DNA from: Epithemia pelagica
Taxonomy: Eukaryota > Protista > Bacillariophyta
Length of the DNA: 64,000 bases
Assembly (NCBI GenBank): GCA_946965045.2
Contig: OX337242.1
Location: 992,001 to 1,056,000 of the forward strand
Direction of reading: 5' to 3'
A program made the translations under genes and the position numbers. The notes beneath the pieces were generated by a model. That model was not told the origin of the DNA and searched no databases. It saw nothing but the letters and a program-made list of their open reading frames with translations. This document shows, in pieces, positions 35,326 through 47,100 of this stretch. Every line of letters begins with the position of its first letter. Positions within the stretch are counted from its first letter, which is position 1.

Positions 35326-35767
35326 ATAACTTTTCCACATTATTCTTAAATAGCCCCTGGTCCCGGGGCTATTGAAAGCCTACTTTGAAAATTTCGTCGT
35401 CTCACATTTTGTCACTTGAGGGCAAATACTGGAAACTGGAATCCTCACTGGCTTGGGACAGCTGATACAACATACAACTAGTCATACTCCTACATATTAA
35501 AAACTACTAGGAGTACCTAGCAACAAAACACAACATATTAACTACTCTAGTGGCACTACCATATCTAGAAGATCGGGCCCCTATCTAATGGTCCGGGCGG
35601 ACGGGTCGATTTCCCCAAACTCCGACTCTGCACAAACCAAAGATTGTGAGCTCTCCGAGAATCGTTTTACATCTTGGGGGAAGCTCGCGCGCGCCAAATA
35701 GTTCGCGCCCGCACTTTGCTGTGCCAGCGCCATCACCACGCCGCGCTCGTTTAGGACTGGTAACGAT

Positions 35768-35908
35768 GGGTGGGACCCAACGAACCCATCCTGACGACGC
35801 TCTGTTCATGGATGCGGCCTCTAGCTTAGGAGTCAGTCTAGAGGAACTTGCTAGGGGAGTAGAGCAAGTTGCCGTAAAGGCCCAGAGGGAAACCGAGATG
35901 GCTCCCAA
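35768..35908. repeat. Ngaro internal repeat B1
   Basis: Identical to 33765-33905. Confidence 0.95.
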
Positions 35909-35979
35909 CACCATTGAACCCGAAGGGAACGCGGATGGACGACAGCTGGGTGTCAACGTGGGACGAATCTTTTGTATCT

Positions 35980-37242
35980 TCAGAACTCAAGATTCAGTTG
36001 ACGGTCGAATGAGTCCGTCGTGACGGAGCCATTGAACTTGATCTCTTCGGGGCTGTCTATTGCGCTCTCGAGGTTAGATTGGATTGTCTCAATCTCGGTC
36101 CACGTGAGTGTTTGGGTTGCGGAGTTTTCGTCGTTGACTCCGGTTGGGTCTGCATGTTTGAAGTCTGCGGTTGACAGCATGGCCATGACCTGGGGTCTGA
36201 TGTATCTCATAAATGCTGCTGATTGCCAGCGTCCCAAAATCATAATGCGAAGTACTGAGATTCCTGGGGTGAGGAAGAGGGCCATCGCCGCGCCGGACCT
36301 AATGGAGTGGGTGCCGATATCTCGGGGATGGTAGCCGAACAAGGGTTGCTTGGTGGTTGGGTGGATGCATGACTTGCGTAGGAGTTTGAGACTGTCTTCT
36401 GCTCGGATGAATCGTGGGCGCGGGGTTGGGTTGTTGGCTGTCGGCTTGGGGAACCAACAATTCACCGGTGTGTCCTCCGGTGCGTTTGGGCAGCTGTGAA
36501 AGATACGACGGAGAATCCGTCCCCAAATTTTCACCGGGCAGAGTATCGGGTCGTCTGTGCGACTCTGTGTTCTGGTTTCATGTGGAATATCGTGCTTCTG
36601 GGAGATGAAGGTGATAGACACGTAGAAGGCTTCTTGGTAGAAGATCGGGTCGCGGGCGTCTATTTTTGATCTTGTTGAATCTCGTCGGCCGAAAACGATG
36701 TTGGCGATGGTAAGGAGTTTTGTTTTGCCTCTTTGTTTCACCGTGGAGTTTTCGCAACTCCTCATGGCGTAGAAATATCCGCCACAGAGGAGGTCGGCGT
36801 TGGTTGCACGAAAGGTGGAGGTGTCGAAGGTCGTTGGGCAGTACGTGGGGAGGGACGTCTCGTTGGTGAAAGTCGATGGAGTCGTCGCCGTGGTGGTGTT
36901 GGGGGTATTCGATGTCGTCGTGGCACGTGCTTGGCGCCACAGGTGGCGTAGGTGTCGAGGAGTGACGGCCTTTTCGCGTCTCTCCGGTGGGTCCAGGTTT
37001 TTCCATCCCTTCTTAAGGGATGTGAGAGTAGGGTGCACGGTGTTGCAACCTTGGAGGTGGGCGGGGCTTGGCCGGTCGTGACGCCGGAAAGTCGCCGCCA
37101 GCTCGCCAATGGCTTTTTCCAAAGTCGATGCACGAAGAGGTCCGTCACGTGATCGTCCTTGGGTGAAGTCTCCGTCTCTAAGTCGCTGGAGGAACGTGGA
37201 GACGATGGCCAGTCTGTCTCGGGTTTCCTTGATCGTGTCCAA
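35980..37242 (-). CDS. Tyrosine recombinase of the Ngaro element (open frame, overlapping the RNase H frame)
   Basis: Catalytic residues present: FYAMRSCE (R), GTHSIRSGAA (HxxR), GRWQSAAFMRY (W, Y). Confidence 0.92.
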   Translation of the reverse strand: MDTIKETRDRLAIVSTFLQRLRDGDFTQGRSRDGPLRASTLEKAIGELAATFRRHDRPSPAHLQGCNTVHPTLTSLKKGWKNLDPPERREKAVTPRHLRHLWRQARATTTSNTPNTTTATTPSTFTNETSLPTYCPTTFDTSTFRATNADLLCGGYFYAMRSCENSTVKQRGKTKLLTIANIVFGRRDSTRSKIDARDPIFYQEAFYVSITFISQKHDIPHETRTQSRTDDPILCPVKIWGRILRRIFHSCPNAPEDTPVNCWFPKPTANNPTPRPRFIRAEDSLKLLRKSCIHPTTKQPLFGYHPRDIGTHSIRSGAAMALFLTPGISVLRIMILGRWQSAAFMRYIRPQVMAMLSTADFKHADPTGVNDENSATQTLTWTEIETIQSNLESAIDSPEEIKFNGSVTTDSFDRQLNLEF

Positions 37243-40138
37243 AAAGGGGTCGGAACCGAGTTGCAGGAGGTGTAGGTGCTCGATCCATCTTTGCCATGTG
37301 CGGTCGCCTGATTCGTGACTGGATTCGACCTTTCCGAAAAAGATGCGGGTCGCTGCGGAGCGACCAAGGAGATCCAGGAGATGATTTCTGGTGGAAGTTG
37401 GCAGACACGAAAAGTTTTCGGTATCTGCGAAGGGAATAAGCGATGCACGGAGTTAGTAAGGTCGGTTTGGGTAAGGTTGAAGGTACGGGAGAGGTAGTCG
37501 GCTACCACATTCTTTTTGCCTGGGACGTGTTCGGTGTGGATGGTAAATTGTGCGTGGAGGGAGAGACGGACAAGTTTTTCGGTCACTCGTTGGTGGAGGG
37601 GTTGATTTACTGCGAAGGAGCTTCGATGCATCCATCCTATTGCAGAGGTATTGTCGGACATGCAAAGAACGGAACCGAGTTCGTCGATATCGCCATTCAA
37701 GTGCTCGAGCCAGATTGTTATCGCTTGCGCGATAAATTCGAAGAGGTTATTCGACATTTTGAGGTTGGTGGAAGAGGCCAGTGTTTCGTCAATTTCGAGG
37801 TCGTCGCTCGTCCCTGCCAGTTCATAGATCTCGTCATCTAGTGGTACCTGCCATGCAACGCCGGACTTGAGCGAATATCCTCCCATCCCCTGGGGACAAG
37901 CGTCGGCTAAGAGGACATTGGTTGGCACGCGGCAGGTAAGTTAGTTGAAGTTTACACCGTCATGTGCGTGTTTCAGCATGTCTACCCACACTTGTATGTC
38001 TTCTTTGACGTATTGTGGAATTGGGAATCGGAACCAGGGACGGGGCCGTTGTCGTGTGTCATGGCGACTGCCAATGAAAGCGCTGCTGTCGATCGACGCG
38101 GTGGTGGTGTCGGAGTCGTAGCCGTCGAGTTGTTTGGCTCTGTGTTTCGCGTTGTATGCGATGATAAGGTTTTCGACGTAGGATCCAGACCGTTGGAGGA
38201 AGAATCGGGAGGCGGGGATGCCTTTACTGGAGTGGATGAGTTTTCCAATCGTTGATTCTAATTCTTGGAATATGGCTTTCCGTGTGTTCTTGTCGGCTAG
38301 GCGGCGCACGGCCTTGGACCAGTTGAGGTATTTGTCTTGACGTAAGATAAGGAGTAAGCGTCGGGTATCGAATTCCCAGCCCAATACTCTCATGATCTCA
38401 CTTGGGCTTCCCTCCGCCATCATCTTATCCTCGGCGAGGATGTTGGTGCGTTTTATTGGTTCTTCGGTTGGGTGGTTGGGGCGGACCATCAGGTGGAGTA
38501 GGAGGGGAACGACTGCAGAAGCTCGGGCGACGGTTTCTTCTCGGTCGACGAATAGTTGGATCATGTCGTCTAAGTAGACGTCGGTGGATCCATCCGGTTT
38601 TGCTGGGACATCAACAATCAACGGTTTTCCCGGAGCGAAGGGAATGTCTTCGGGGAGTCTATTCGGCGGGCCCATCAGACGTTGGAGTGGGGACGAGCAG
38701 ATGGTGTGATCCCAATCTTTGAATTCGGTTAGATCATTACAGAGATCACACGCCGTTTCCAAAAACAAGCTGAACATCGCTGGGTGTGTCTTCCCTCCAA
38801 AAGAAAGACGGCTGAGGACGTTCGCAAATTCACCAAGCGCGTCCGAAGTAAGGGCGTTGGCAGCAAGTAGTCCATCGCCATTTATCCGACGGTAGGCGGC
38901 TCCCCAGTCGAACTTACAGACGAAGATGCGCAGGGATGGGAAGGCTGTCCGCAGGGCGACGACTTGGTGTATCAGTCGTTCGATGCACCAACCGTAGACA
39001 AGTTCGATGTCATCGGTATCATCGACAGCTTTGTTCAAGGAGGGGGCAAGACCAGTGGAGAACGTTTGGTCGTGGGCTAGGCGGTCTTTCGTTACGATTT
39101 CCCCCTTTTCGGTTATTCCTTGATGCTGGGCGACGCCGAGAGGTCCGAAACGTCCGCCTTTGATCTTCCGCGTGCATTCGAAGGTGATTGGGAAGGCCCA
39201 ACCATGGACGGTATCTTTTTGTGATACTTTGATAAGAGTGTCGGGTCTCTTCTTGGCGGAACTGTGATTGCCGTAGGCTAGCAGGGCTTCGTTTTCAGCT
39301 TCTCGTGCTTCATCGCTTGGTTGGGGGGATTTGAACTTGTAGGAGGCTCCGAAAGTCAGATCTCTTTCTATCTTGGGCCTAAATGGATGCCCCTGAAGGA
39401 GTGGGCGAAGGACATGGACTTGTCGGAATTCCGAACCTGGGCTGATGATGCTATTGGGATAGGCGTCGAAGGTACGTTGGAGGTCGAAGTCATGGGAGGC
39501 GATGATGGCTGAGTTATGGGTTGCCGCTGTCAGGGAACGTTCATGGGCGAAAGGGGAGGCTTGTGGTGTGGGTGTTGAAGAATGGAAAACTTGAAGGATG
39601 GTGTCGATGTTGGGGGGAAAGTAGGTTGGCGAAGTTGTGGGACGGTAATTTTTGATGGGAAGAGGGCGCTAATGTCGTCTGGGAGGTAGTTGTGTTCTTG
39701 GGCCTGAGGTATTTCTATATCCTGAGAAGGTGGGGACTTACCGAGAAGCTTCTGGTTCTCTAGCATGGAGTTTTGAAGTCTTCGGAGGTTTTGTTCGAGG
39801 GGACGGCCTGACGTGTTGGAGGTGATGTTAGGTGTGGCATGTCCAGGCTGGGTGGACTGGGAGGAAGGCACGGCTTTCGAGGGTGCGGAGTAAGAGGAAA
39901 GGATTTTTGGGGGGAGGTTCGATCTATCGGCAGCTCGGCGGACAGAGTCAAGTAGGTCGGAATTCGTGGGTAGAAGGTCATCGGAAGGAGGAATGGGAGA
40001 GTCTGGTGCTTCCTGTTCGCGTGGCACGGGCGAAGTTGAGTCGAGTCGGTTACTTGGTGGTTTAGAAGGACTGAAGGGAAAGTATTCAAACTCTTGTGCG
40101 AAGGTAATGGAACGTGGAGTGGAGGTGGATGGAAGCAT
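36762..40138 (-). pseudogene. Ngaro pol (reverse transcriptase - RNase H), disrupted
   Basis: RT motifs KFDWGAAYRR, RLSFGGKTHP, YLDD; RNase H motifs LADACPQGMGG, EFIA, SDNTSA, NVVADYLSR. In-frame TAA at 37941-43 (VNFN*LTCRVP) and a frameshift between about 39530 and 39670. Confidence 0.9.
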
Positions 40139-40438
40139 GGTCTCTGAATCTAGATCCTTGACGAAAGGATTGATAGATTCTGGCGGTTGAATATCCGACG
40201 AAACAGAGGTGGGGGGAAGGGTTACGGATGTGCTCGACGAAGTAGGGAAAGGTAGGCGAGGGCGGAGAAGTGGTTGTCTGGGTATTGTAGCTAGGAAGGT
40301 ATGGGAGGGGTTGGAAGATGGGGAAAGGAGAACTGAAGAGTCTTCGGTTACGGATGAAAGAGTGGGAGTAGTAGATGGAACGGATCTCGAGGGGGGAGGG
40401 ATAGGTGGAAGAAGGTTCGCCGAAGACTCAACAATCAG

Positions 40439-43377
40439 TCAGGTGTTCCGACGTGCTTTGGAGTAGGCTGTTTCGAAAAATTTGTCGAGAGCATCTTGTT
40501 TATCATGCTGCGAAGGGTCAGCGTGGCTGAAGTAACAGCTATCGCCTCCGCGGCAGAACTGAAGGGCGAAGAACTTCACGCAGAATTGTTTGGACGAACC
40601 TCCGGTAGACAAGGAGGGGACGTCGTTGAGGACGGATCTCGGGAAAGCTTTCCCATATTTAATGTCTGAGGGAAGTTTCCAGGAAGAAGGGTAATCGAAA
40701 TTTGGGCGAGCTGGGGTGGGAAGGTTCGGGTCAGAAGAACTCTAGTGATGTTTACCTCGTTTTGAGCGTAGAGCACCAGGAGGTGCACCTGGGAGTTTGC
40801 TATCTGAGGAACGTTTATTCGAAGATTGGGATCCTTTGTGGTTAGGATTGTTCTGGTTTTGGTATTTCGTCTGGACCGCTGATTGGAGGAAGCGTGGCAT
40901 TCGGCAGACATCTTCCTTTGAGATGATCTTGTTACACAGTTTGTTGGTATGGTAGTCGATGGCTTCACCGGAGATGTCCTCTAAACAAGTTGCATCTTCC
41001 AAATTATCAGAGATGAAGTTTTGAACGCAATTGTCCAACGAGAAGAGCAGTCGTGAGAAGAAAGAACTATCATCAGCTTGGTTGGAAATGTAGATTCAGC
41101 GGTGTCTAGCAAGGTGATCAAACATCTTCCGGATATTCAAAACGATGAAGGAGTCCGGACCCCATGTTGCTTGGGCAAAGCACAGATAGCTATTCAACTG
41201 AGTGCCATAGTGGTCGAGGGTCAAAGGGAAGAAGAGCTTATCCTCGGTGAAGATGTCTTTCATCTCTTTCGTTGAAAGTCCGTTGGAATGTCGGAGGGAG
41301 GATTCAAAGATATCTTGATGGATGTCGTGGTCTAAGGCTTGTTGGTTTGAGGCGCCTGAATGGTTATTCGGGTCGAAGGAGAAGGGTGAAAAACCACCAG
41401 GGTGTTCATCGGATCTCCAACGTAGGCCATATTTCTGAATCACACCCACTTGACCGAAGATAAGGAAGCACGTGTTGTCGGAACGGCGGAAGACTTGCGA
41501 ATGGATGGTGGTATAAAGATTATGGGTATTTTTCTGTCGGAAAATCTCTTTTGCTTTCTCCGTTGGGGCTGTTGGAAGGCAGGTACTGTGTGGACCTACC
41601 TGACCAAGGATGATAGCGTTACGCATGTCGACTGTGAAAGACTTGAAATGATCTAAACGATCTGTCTGGGTCTTGAGGATATCACTTTGCTGAGTGATAG
41701 CTTGGGTGAGTTGGTCTCGTTGTTCGGACATAGACTTTGAAAACTGTTCGGTCATTGACTTCTTGACTTGGTTTGTAAGGAAGACAACATCTTGGGAGAT
41801 TGAAGGGGTCTGGGTATCATCATCTTGAGAAGAACGAGACACTGCGCGTCTAGACTTGGAGGGTGAGAAGGAACCGGAACGTTCAACTGCTGGGGGTCGA
41901 GGACCTCGTTTGGTGGCGTACATTGGAGTAGAACGGTCAGGGAGAGAGGTCTTGAAGTAAAACTCGACCGCTTTTATTGCTGAGCCATAGTTGGAGGGAT
42001 GATCGAGAAAAATGTCGTCGACTATCACTTTTCCACGGTGGATTCCCCAGAGGAATCGCAAAAGGTCGCGATAGCAAACGCAATGAGGATCCGAGGCAGA
42101 GAACTTGGTGGACTCGGGACGAGTATGCTCGGAGCTAAACGAGCGGCGCCAACGCAACAAAATCTTGGAGAAAATGAATTCAACGAGATCGGGAATGGAA
42201 GGTGGCTTTGGGTTTGAGGCATCGGAGTCAAGGAAAAAGATCAGATCTCCAGAGATAGAAGGGGGAAGGAGAACAATACTCTTGCATTCGAAGTTGTGGT
42301 CTTCGCGGAAGCGGACGTCCTTCGGGTCATCAGAGAGATTACTTGGGTAAATAAGGTAAGGAGCGAAATCAGAAAACGTTGAAGCCTTCAGGGAGAATCC
42401 AGTGGTAGAATTGGAATCCTTTGAGACACAGGCATCGACAATCTCGTCAAGGGTTGGGACTCGCATATAATCCAAACTCTTCAAAATAGAAGCTAGCTCA
42501 GCAGAATCGAAAGTCCCGGGGGGGACATCGAAGGAGTTCTTGGTGAAACAAAGAAAGACGGGATTGGGAGCAAGAATGGAGCCAGAGTCGGGGGAGACGA
42601 AAATGTTGTGGATGACAACGGGATTCTTTTTGCGATCAAAACCAAGGAACGCGAGTGGTTGATGCTTTGAATGAATCTCAAGAAAAGCTTGAAAATCAGT
42701 CAAGGAAGAAACTTCGTCAAACTTGGAGGAAAGGGAAAGCCAATTCGCAGGGTCACTCTCAACTTCAATGTGGAAAGGTTTACAGAAAGAATCAGACCAA
42801 GAGTCGCTATCAATCTTCTCGAACTTCTCGCGCGTTTCATGATCCAAAGGGAAAGGAAGCGAGTACATTTCGGCTTTGGAACACTCCTTCGGGGGAAGAA
42901 GACGGGCCATGCGGGAATAAAACTGCTTCGGTGTTTCGAAGATACGGTCACGTTCAGCCTTCGCCTCGGGAGAATCAATCGGGATCTTCGAGGTCGAGTC
43001 TCGTTTACCAATCAAGTCCTTTGAGGGGTTCTTGGGGGTCTGGGGAGGTTTCAAAGTAGGATCGGGAATAGGAGCACCGGGGGAGTCAGAAAGGTTCTGC
43101 GTCTGGCTCAACTGAGAAACTTTCAGGGGGGGGGGGGGGACTTGGGAGAGGCTACCGCTTTCTTCAGTGACTGAGAGGTCTTCTTCTTCTTGGAAGGGGC
43201 ATGAGAAGGTTTGATACTGGGATTGCGACTACTTTCAAAGCCAGAATCGGGAATGGTATCTGAAGTAGGAATCTTGTTCTTGTCAACCACATCGGCAAGG
43301 AGGTCCAGGCCGCCAGAATCCGAGTGACGGGACTGGGAGGTAGAAGGTAGAACAAAGGGGTTCTCGTTGAACGTCAT
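40439..43377 (-). pseudogene. Ngaro ORF1 (gag-like) with a C-terminal CCCH zinc finger, disrupted
   Basis: One frame from 43111 to 40439 with in-frame stops at 41096-98 (TGA) and 40742-44 (TAG). CVKFFALQFCRGGDSCYFSH (C-x8-C-x5-C-x3-H) at 40523-40582. A frameshift lies in the G14 tract at 43126-43139. Confidence 0.8.
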
Positions 43378-43417
43378 GGTAAGCGGTGAGGCAGCAAAGA
43401 TAAGGAACAATCGATAC

Positions 43418-43617
43418 TTTTGTTTAGGATGACTACGCTAGAGACTTGCTTCCAAGTCACAACGTGGGATGGCTTGAGACTCTGCACAAACCAAAGATTG
43501 TGAGCTCTCCGAGAATCGTTTCACATCTTGGGGGAAGTTCGCGCGCGCCAAATAGTTCGCGCCCGCACTTTGCTGTGCCAGCGCCATCACCACGCCGCGC
43601 TCGTTTAGGACTGGTAA
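43418..43617. repeat. Ngaro terminal repeat A1 (200 bp)
   Basis: Matches 33924-33986 plus 35627-35763 with 3 substitutions. Confidence 0.93.
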
Positions 43618-43694
43618 TATCGATAAAATAAAATTGGTATGCTTGGCTGTTGCTGCGGCGTGCAATCATCTTCTCGAGCATAGATGTTACTGAC

Positions 43695-44074
43695 AGTCAA
43701 AGTACACAGGATACTCTGTAGTAGCTAGGGGCAGTACCTATATTGGCGTGGAGGTGATCAAGTCTCCACGACAATACACTAGAGAAGTTGTTTCACAACT
43801 TTCTGTTTGTTGATACTATAAGCTCTAGGTTTAGGAACTACTTTTGATTCCTCGTTTGATTCCTCATGAGGAATCAATTCCTCGTTCATTCATGGATGTT
43901 AACTTGGAGCCATTGATGCCAATGGCTAGAGCTTGGTTACTATGCGAATGGGCAATGCCCACTCTGGTAGTAAGGCATTGCTCTTGGATACATAGTGGGG
44001 ACACGATCCTATGTCCCACAGATTCGAATCGTGACTGGCATATCGCCTGTCCGTCACATCGATTAACCGCGACT
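43695..44074 (-). repeat. 3' LTR (380 bp)
   Basis: Differs from the 5' LTR by one 1-bp indel and one substitution. Confidence 0.97.
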
Positions 44075-44083
44075 CTCCCTCTT
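44075..44083 (-). other. Polypurine tract AAGAGGGAG
   Basis: Directly abuts the 3' LTR on the element strand. Confidence 0.8.
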
Positions 44084-44115
44084 GACAAGGGCGATATCTT
44101 TTCCAACACAGTCAG

Positions 44116-47100
44116 TCACCAACCTTGATTCAGTTTCCGAATCCTCTCAAAAACATCACGGCAGAGTCCCTTGGTAAGATAGTCCGCTCGTTGCATCGTT
44201 GTTTCAATCTTGGAGATTCTAACTGTTGCATTTGTCCCTTTCACAGCTTCCCAGAACCAGTGGTATTTGTTGTTGAGGGACCTGGAACGGGACGAGAGGC
44301 GCTGGTTGTTGGCAAGAAGATACGCGCTGTTGTTGTCCTCATGGACTTCAGCAAAGATGGTTGGGGAGTCGGTGCCGAGGTCAAGGTGGTGGTTGATCTC
44401 GAACAGGATGTCTTGGAGCCACACAACAACACTCATACTTTGTGAAAGCGCGACATATTCGGCATGAAATGTGCTGGTGGCAATCTCACTTTGGAGCTGA
44501 GATTTCCAGACCAAAGGGCAGCCGCCAAAATGGATGATGTATCCAGTGCGTGATTTGGCGCTGATCGGTTTGTCCTCGGATTCACGGCCATGGAGGCCCA
44601 TGAAATCCGCATCCACATAGCAATCAACCTTGAAGTCCGTCGTTGGCTTGAAGATGGTTCCACAATCCACAGATTGCCAAAGGTACCTGACAATCATCTT
44701 GATAGCTTGGGCATGGGATTGTTTCGGGTTGGTTGAGAAGCGAGCGACTTGGGACACGGCAAAACTGATATCTGGCCGTGTGTTTGTGGAGAGGTAAAGG
44801 AGCATGCCAACGATGGAACGGTAGTTCCATTTTTCCTTCATCGGTGGTCCATCGGGGTCACTTCCAAGGCACACTTGGGAGGCTGGTACAAAGTAACCAT
44901 TGCAATTTGTCATTCCTGTAGCTTCGACAATTTTCTTGATGAGCCCTGGTTGGGTCATCGTGATTGTGCCGTCTTTGCGAGTAAAATGGATCCCCAAATA
45001 CTCGGCAAAGTCACTGTCCACGGAGAGTTTGAATCCACGGGCCTTGAGTCGTTCAACAAATTCGTTGATCACGTCCATTGTCGGAGCAATGATGCCACAA
45101 TCATCCACCCAGAGAAACACCATCATGTTTTCCTTGAGGAAGACGCACTCATCGTGTTTGCTCTGTGTGAAACCATCGTCGATCAGGGCTTGGCAAAGAC
45201 GTTGGTACCACAGACGGGGAGCAACAGAGAGTCCATAGAGACTCTTGTGGAGTCTCAAGCAGGTTTTGGTGGTCTTGGTGGAAGAGAAACCGCGTGGAAT
45301 GTGGATCCAAACTGGATCTTTCAACTCAGCCTGAACGAAGGCGTTGTTGAAGTCAATACACACCATGGCCCAATTGCGGGCCAGAGCAAGAACCAAAGCG
45401 ATACGAATGGAGGCCCAGTTGACGGCAGGAGAGTAGGTGTCGAATTCGCCTTCTTGGAGATCGCCGCGAACACAATATCGTGCCTTGTATTTCTTGATGG
45501 TACCGTCTCGGTGGCGCTTGCGCTTGAAAACCCAGGTACCAGGGATGATTCTTGATGTTGCTTCTTCCTCTGGAACCTCAGTCCATGTTCCTTTGTTAGT
45601 TAATTCTTCAATTTCTATTCTAGCCGCTTCTATCCAATGGTCAATATTCTTGTCTTGTCTTGCTTGTTCGTAGGACAGAGTGTCTGGATCCGAAATGGCA
45701 ACCTTGAATCCACTGATGTCATCAAATTCGGCTTGATTGGCGACATAGGATTGTTGAGCGGCGTCCATATTCTCGATGAGACGACTTGGTGAGCGAGGAC
45801 GGACACGGTTGGATCGTCGAGCAGATGGTGCGTCGGAAGGAGGATCGCTTGGTGGCTCCCTCTGAGAAGGCGGCTCCCTCTGAGAGGAGGGCTGTCTCGA
45901 AGAGAGAGACTCCCTCTGAGGAGAAGAGGGATTGGAGGCTGGTGCCATGCGGAGAAGCGACAGAGGTGCTGGATTCTCCCTCTGTTCCGAGTGCACGGGG
46001 ACAGGAGACGACGGGGAAGGCAAAACGAGCGGTTCCGAGAAGGAAACAGCAGGTTTTGGCCTTGGAGGTGTCGCCGCGCGCGGAGGGACATCGCGCACTG
46101 GCGTGGTCGGAGGTGGCACGGTAGGCGGAGAAGGGAGTGGGTCACTAACCGACGGGGCAAGACGAGACAAACCAATCGTGGAAGGCTGGGTGGTGGGAGT
46201 GGCTGGGGGAGTTCTGGGGACAGATACGGCTGGCGTGTCAACAGAAAGAGGGACAGACGGAACAGTGCGTTCCATAGACGTAAAAATATTATCTTCAGAA
46301 CGATGGTTGACAGCAGCAAGTGGTGCGCTGGTGATAGCGTCGTCCACACAGTCATCGTTGTCATACCCCGGTGAGTGCAGATGATTGGTCATGTCGCCAA
46401 AGACGCTGTCAAGTCTTGAGATGTCCTCTGTGTTGTTGTTGTCTGCTGGAGTCGGCACCGTTGCAAACCAATCGTCGAAGACGACATGGTACTGCGGTGT
46501 GATGGCGCCCGTGGAAAGATTCAAGACGAGTGGTGCGGTGGTGGCATGGTTGGGAGAAAGTCCCATGTTCATCCCTCGTTGTGATCTTGGTTTCCATCTT
46601 GGCAGTTTCTTACCGTCTGCAATTCGTTTTTCCAGGACGTACACTGGTGCTCCCCAGACATGAAGATCATGCAGCCGTTTTTGGGGTCATCTCATTCTTG
46701 AAAAGATATCCTGGGGTGAGACGCCAGTGGACGGATTGGGAACATGGTTGAAGTCAAAGACGGCGTGAGAGACCGCCATGGGCCAGAGGGTGGGATCCGC
46801 TGTCTCGGGCCAGTGGATGCTGGCGTGGAGCATCATCGTTCGAGCCATCAACATGATGGTTTGGATGGCTCGTTCGGCGACGCCATTCTGGTGATGGGCG
46901 CCTACTCCAGCGTAGGACCGAATCTGGGCAAAGGTTTCAAGTTGCCTGGTGTAGTCTTGTGCAGTGAAACAGCTTCCGTTGTCGGTGTGGTATCGTTGGG
47001 GAACGACACCCACATCCTTGCAACGTTGCTCGAAGGTGAGTTTGGCATTCAAAGTCTCGCGAGTGTTGAGATGCGCCTGAAAGACCACATCGATGTGGCC

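Larger units (their letters stand above)
33987..35623. mobile_element. Non-autonomous TIR (MITE/foldback-like) element, 1637 bp, inserted in Ngaro repeat A2
   Basis: Perfect 21-bp TIRs GGAGTTTGGGGAAATCGACCC (33987-34007) and its complement (35603-35623). 3-bp TSD GAC at 33984-86 and 35624-26. The uninterrupted site TTGAGACTCTG is present in A1 at 43474-43484. Confidence 0.93.
33765..43617 (-). mobile_element. Ngaro-type tyrosine-recombinase retrotransposon, full length but degenerate
   Basis: Split direct repeats in element orientation: A1 (43617-43418), ORF1, RT-RH, YR, B1 (35908-35768), A2 (35763-35627 plus 33986-33924, split by an insertion), B2 (33905-33765). No TSD seen. Confidence 0.92.

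Noticed and set aside
35349-35376. AATAGCCCC...GGGGCTATTGA hairpin sharing an 11-mer with the 19.5-kb rod structure
   Set aside because: The similarity is limited to about 11 nt with no flanking homology, which is too short to support a relationship.
43691-43700. Canonical TG start for the copia LTR at 43691
   Set aside because: The second LTR does not share these bases, and they belong to the CTGAC target duplication.
43844-44128. Small ORF repeated at 52972-53361
   Set aside because: It lies within the LTRs, so the duplication is explained. It begins at TTG and has no recognisable motif.
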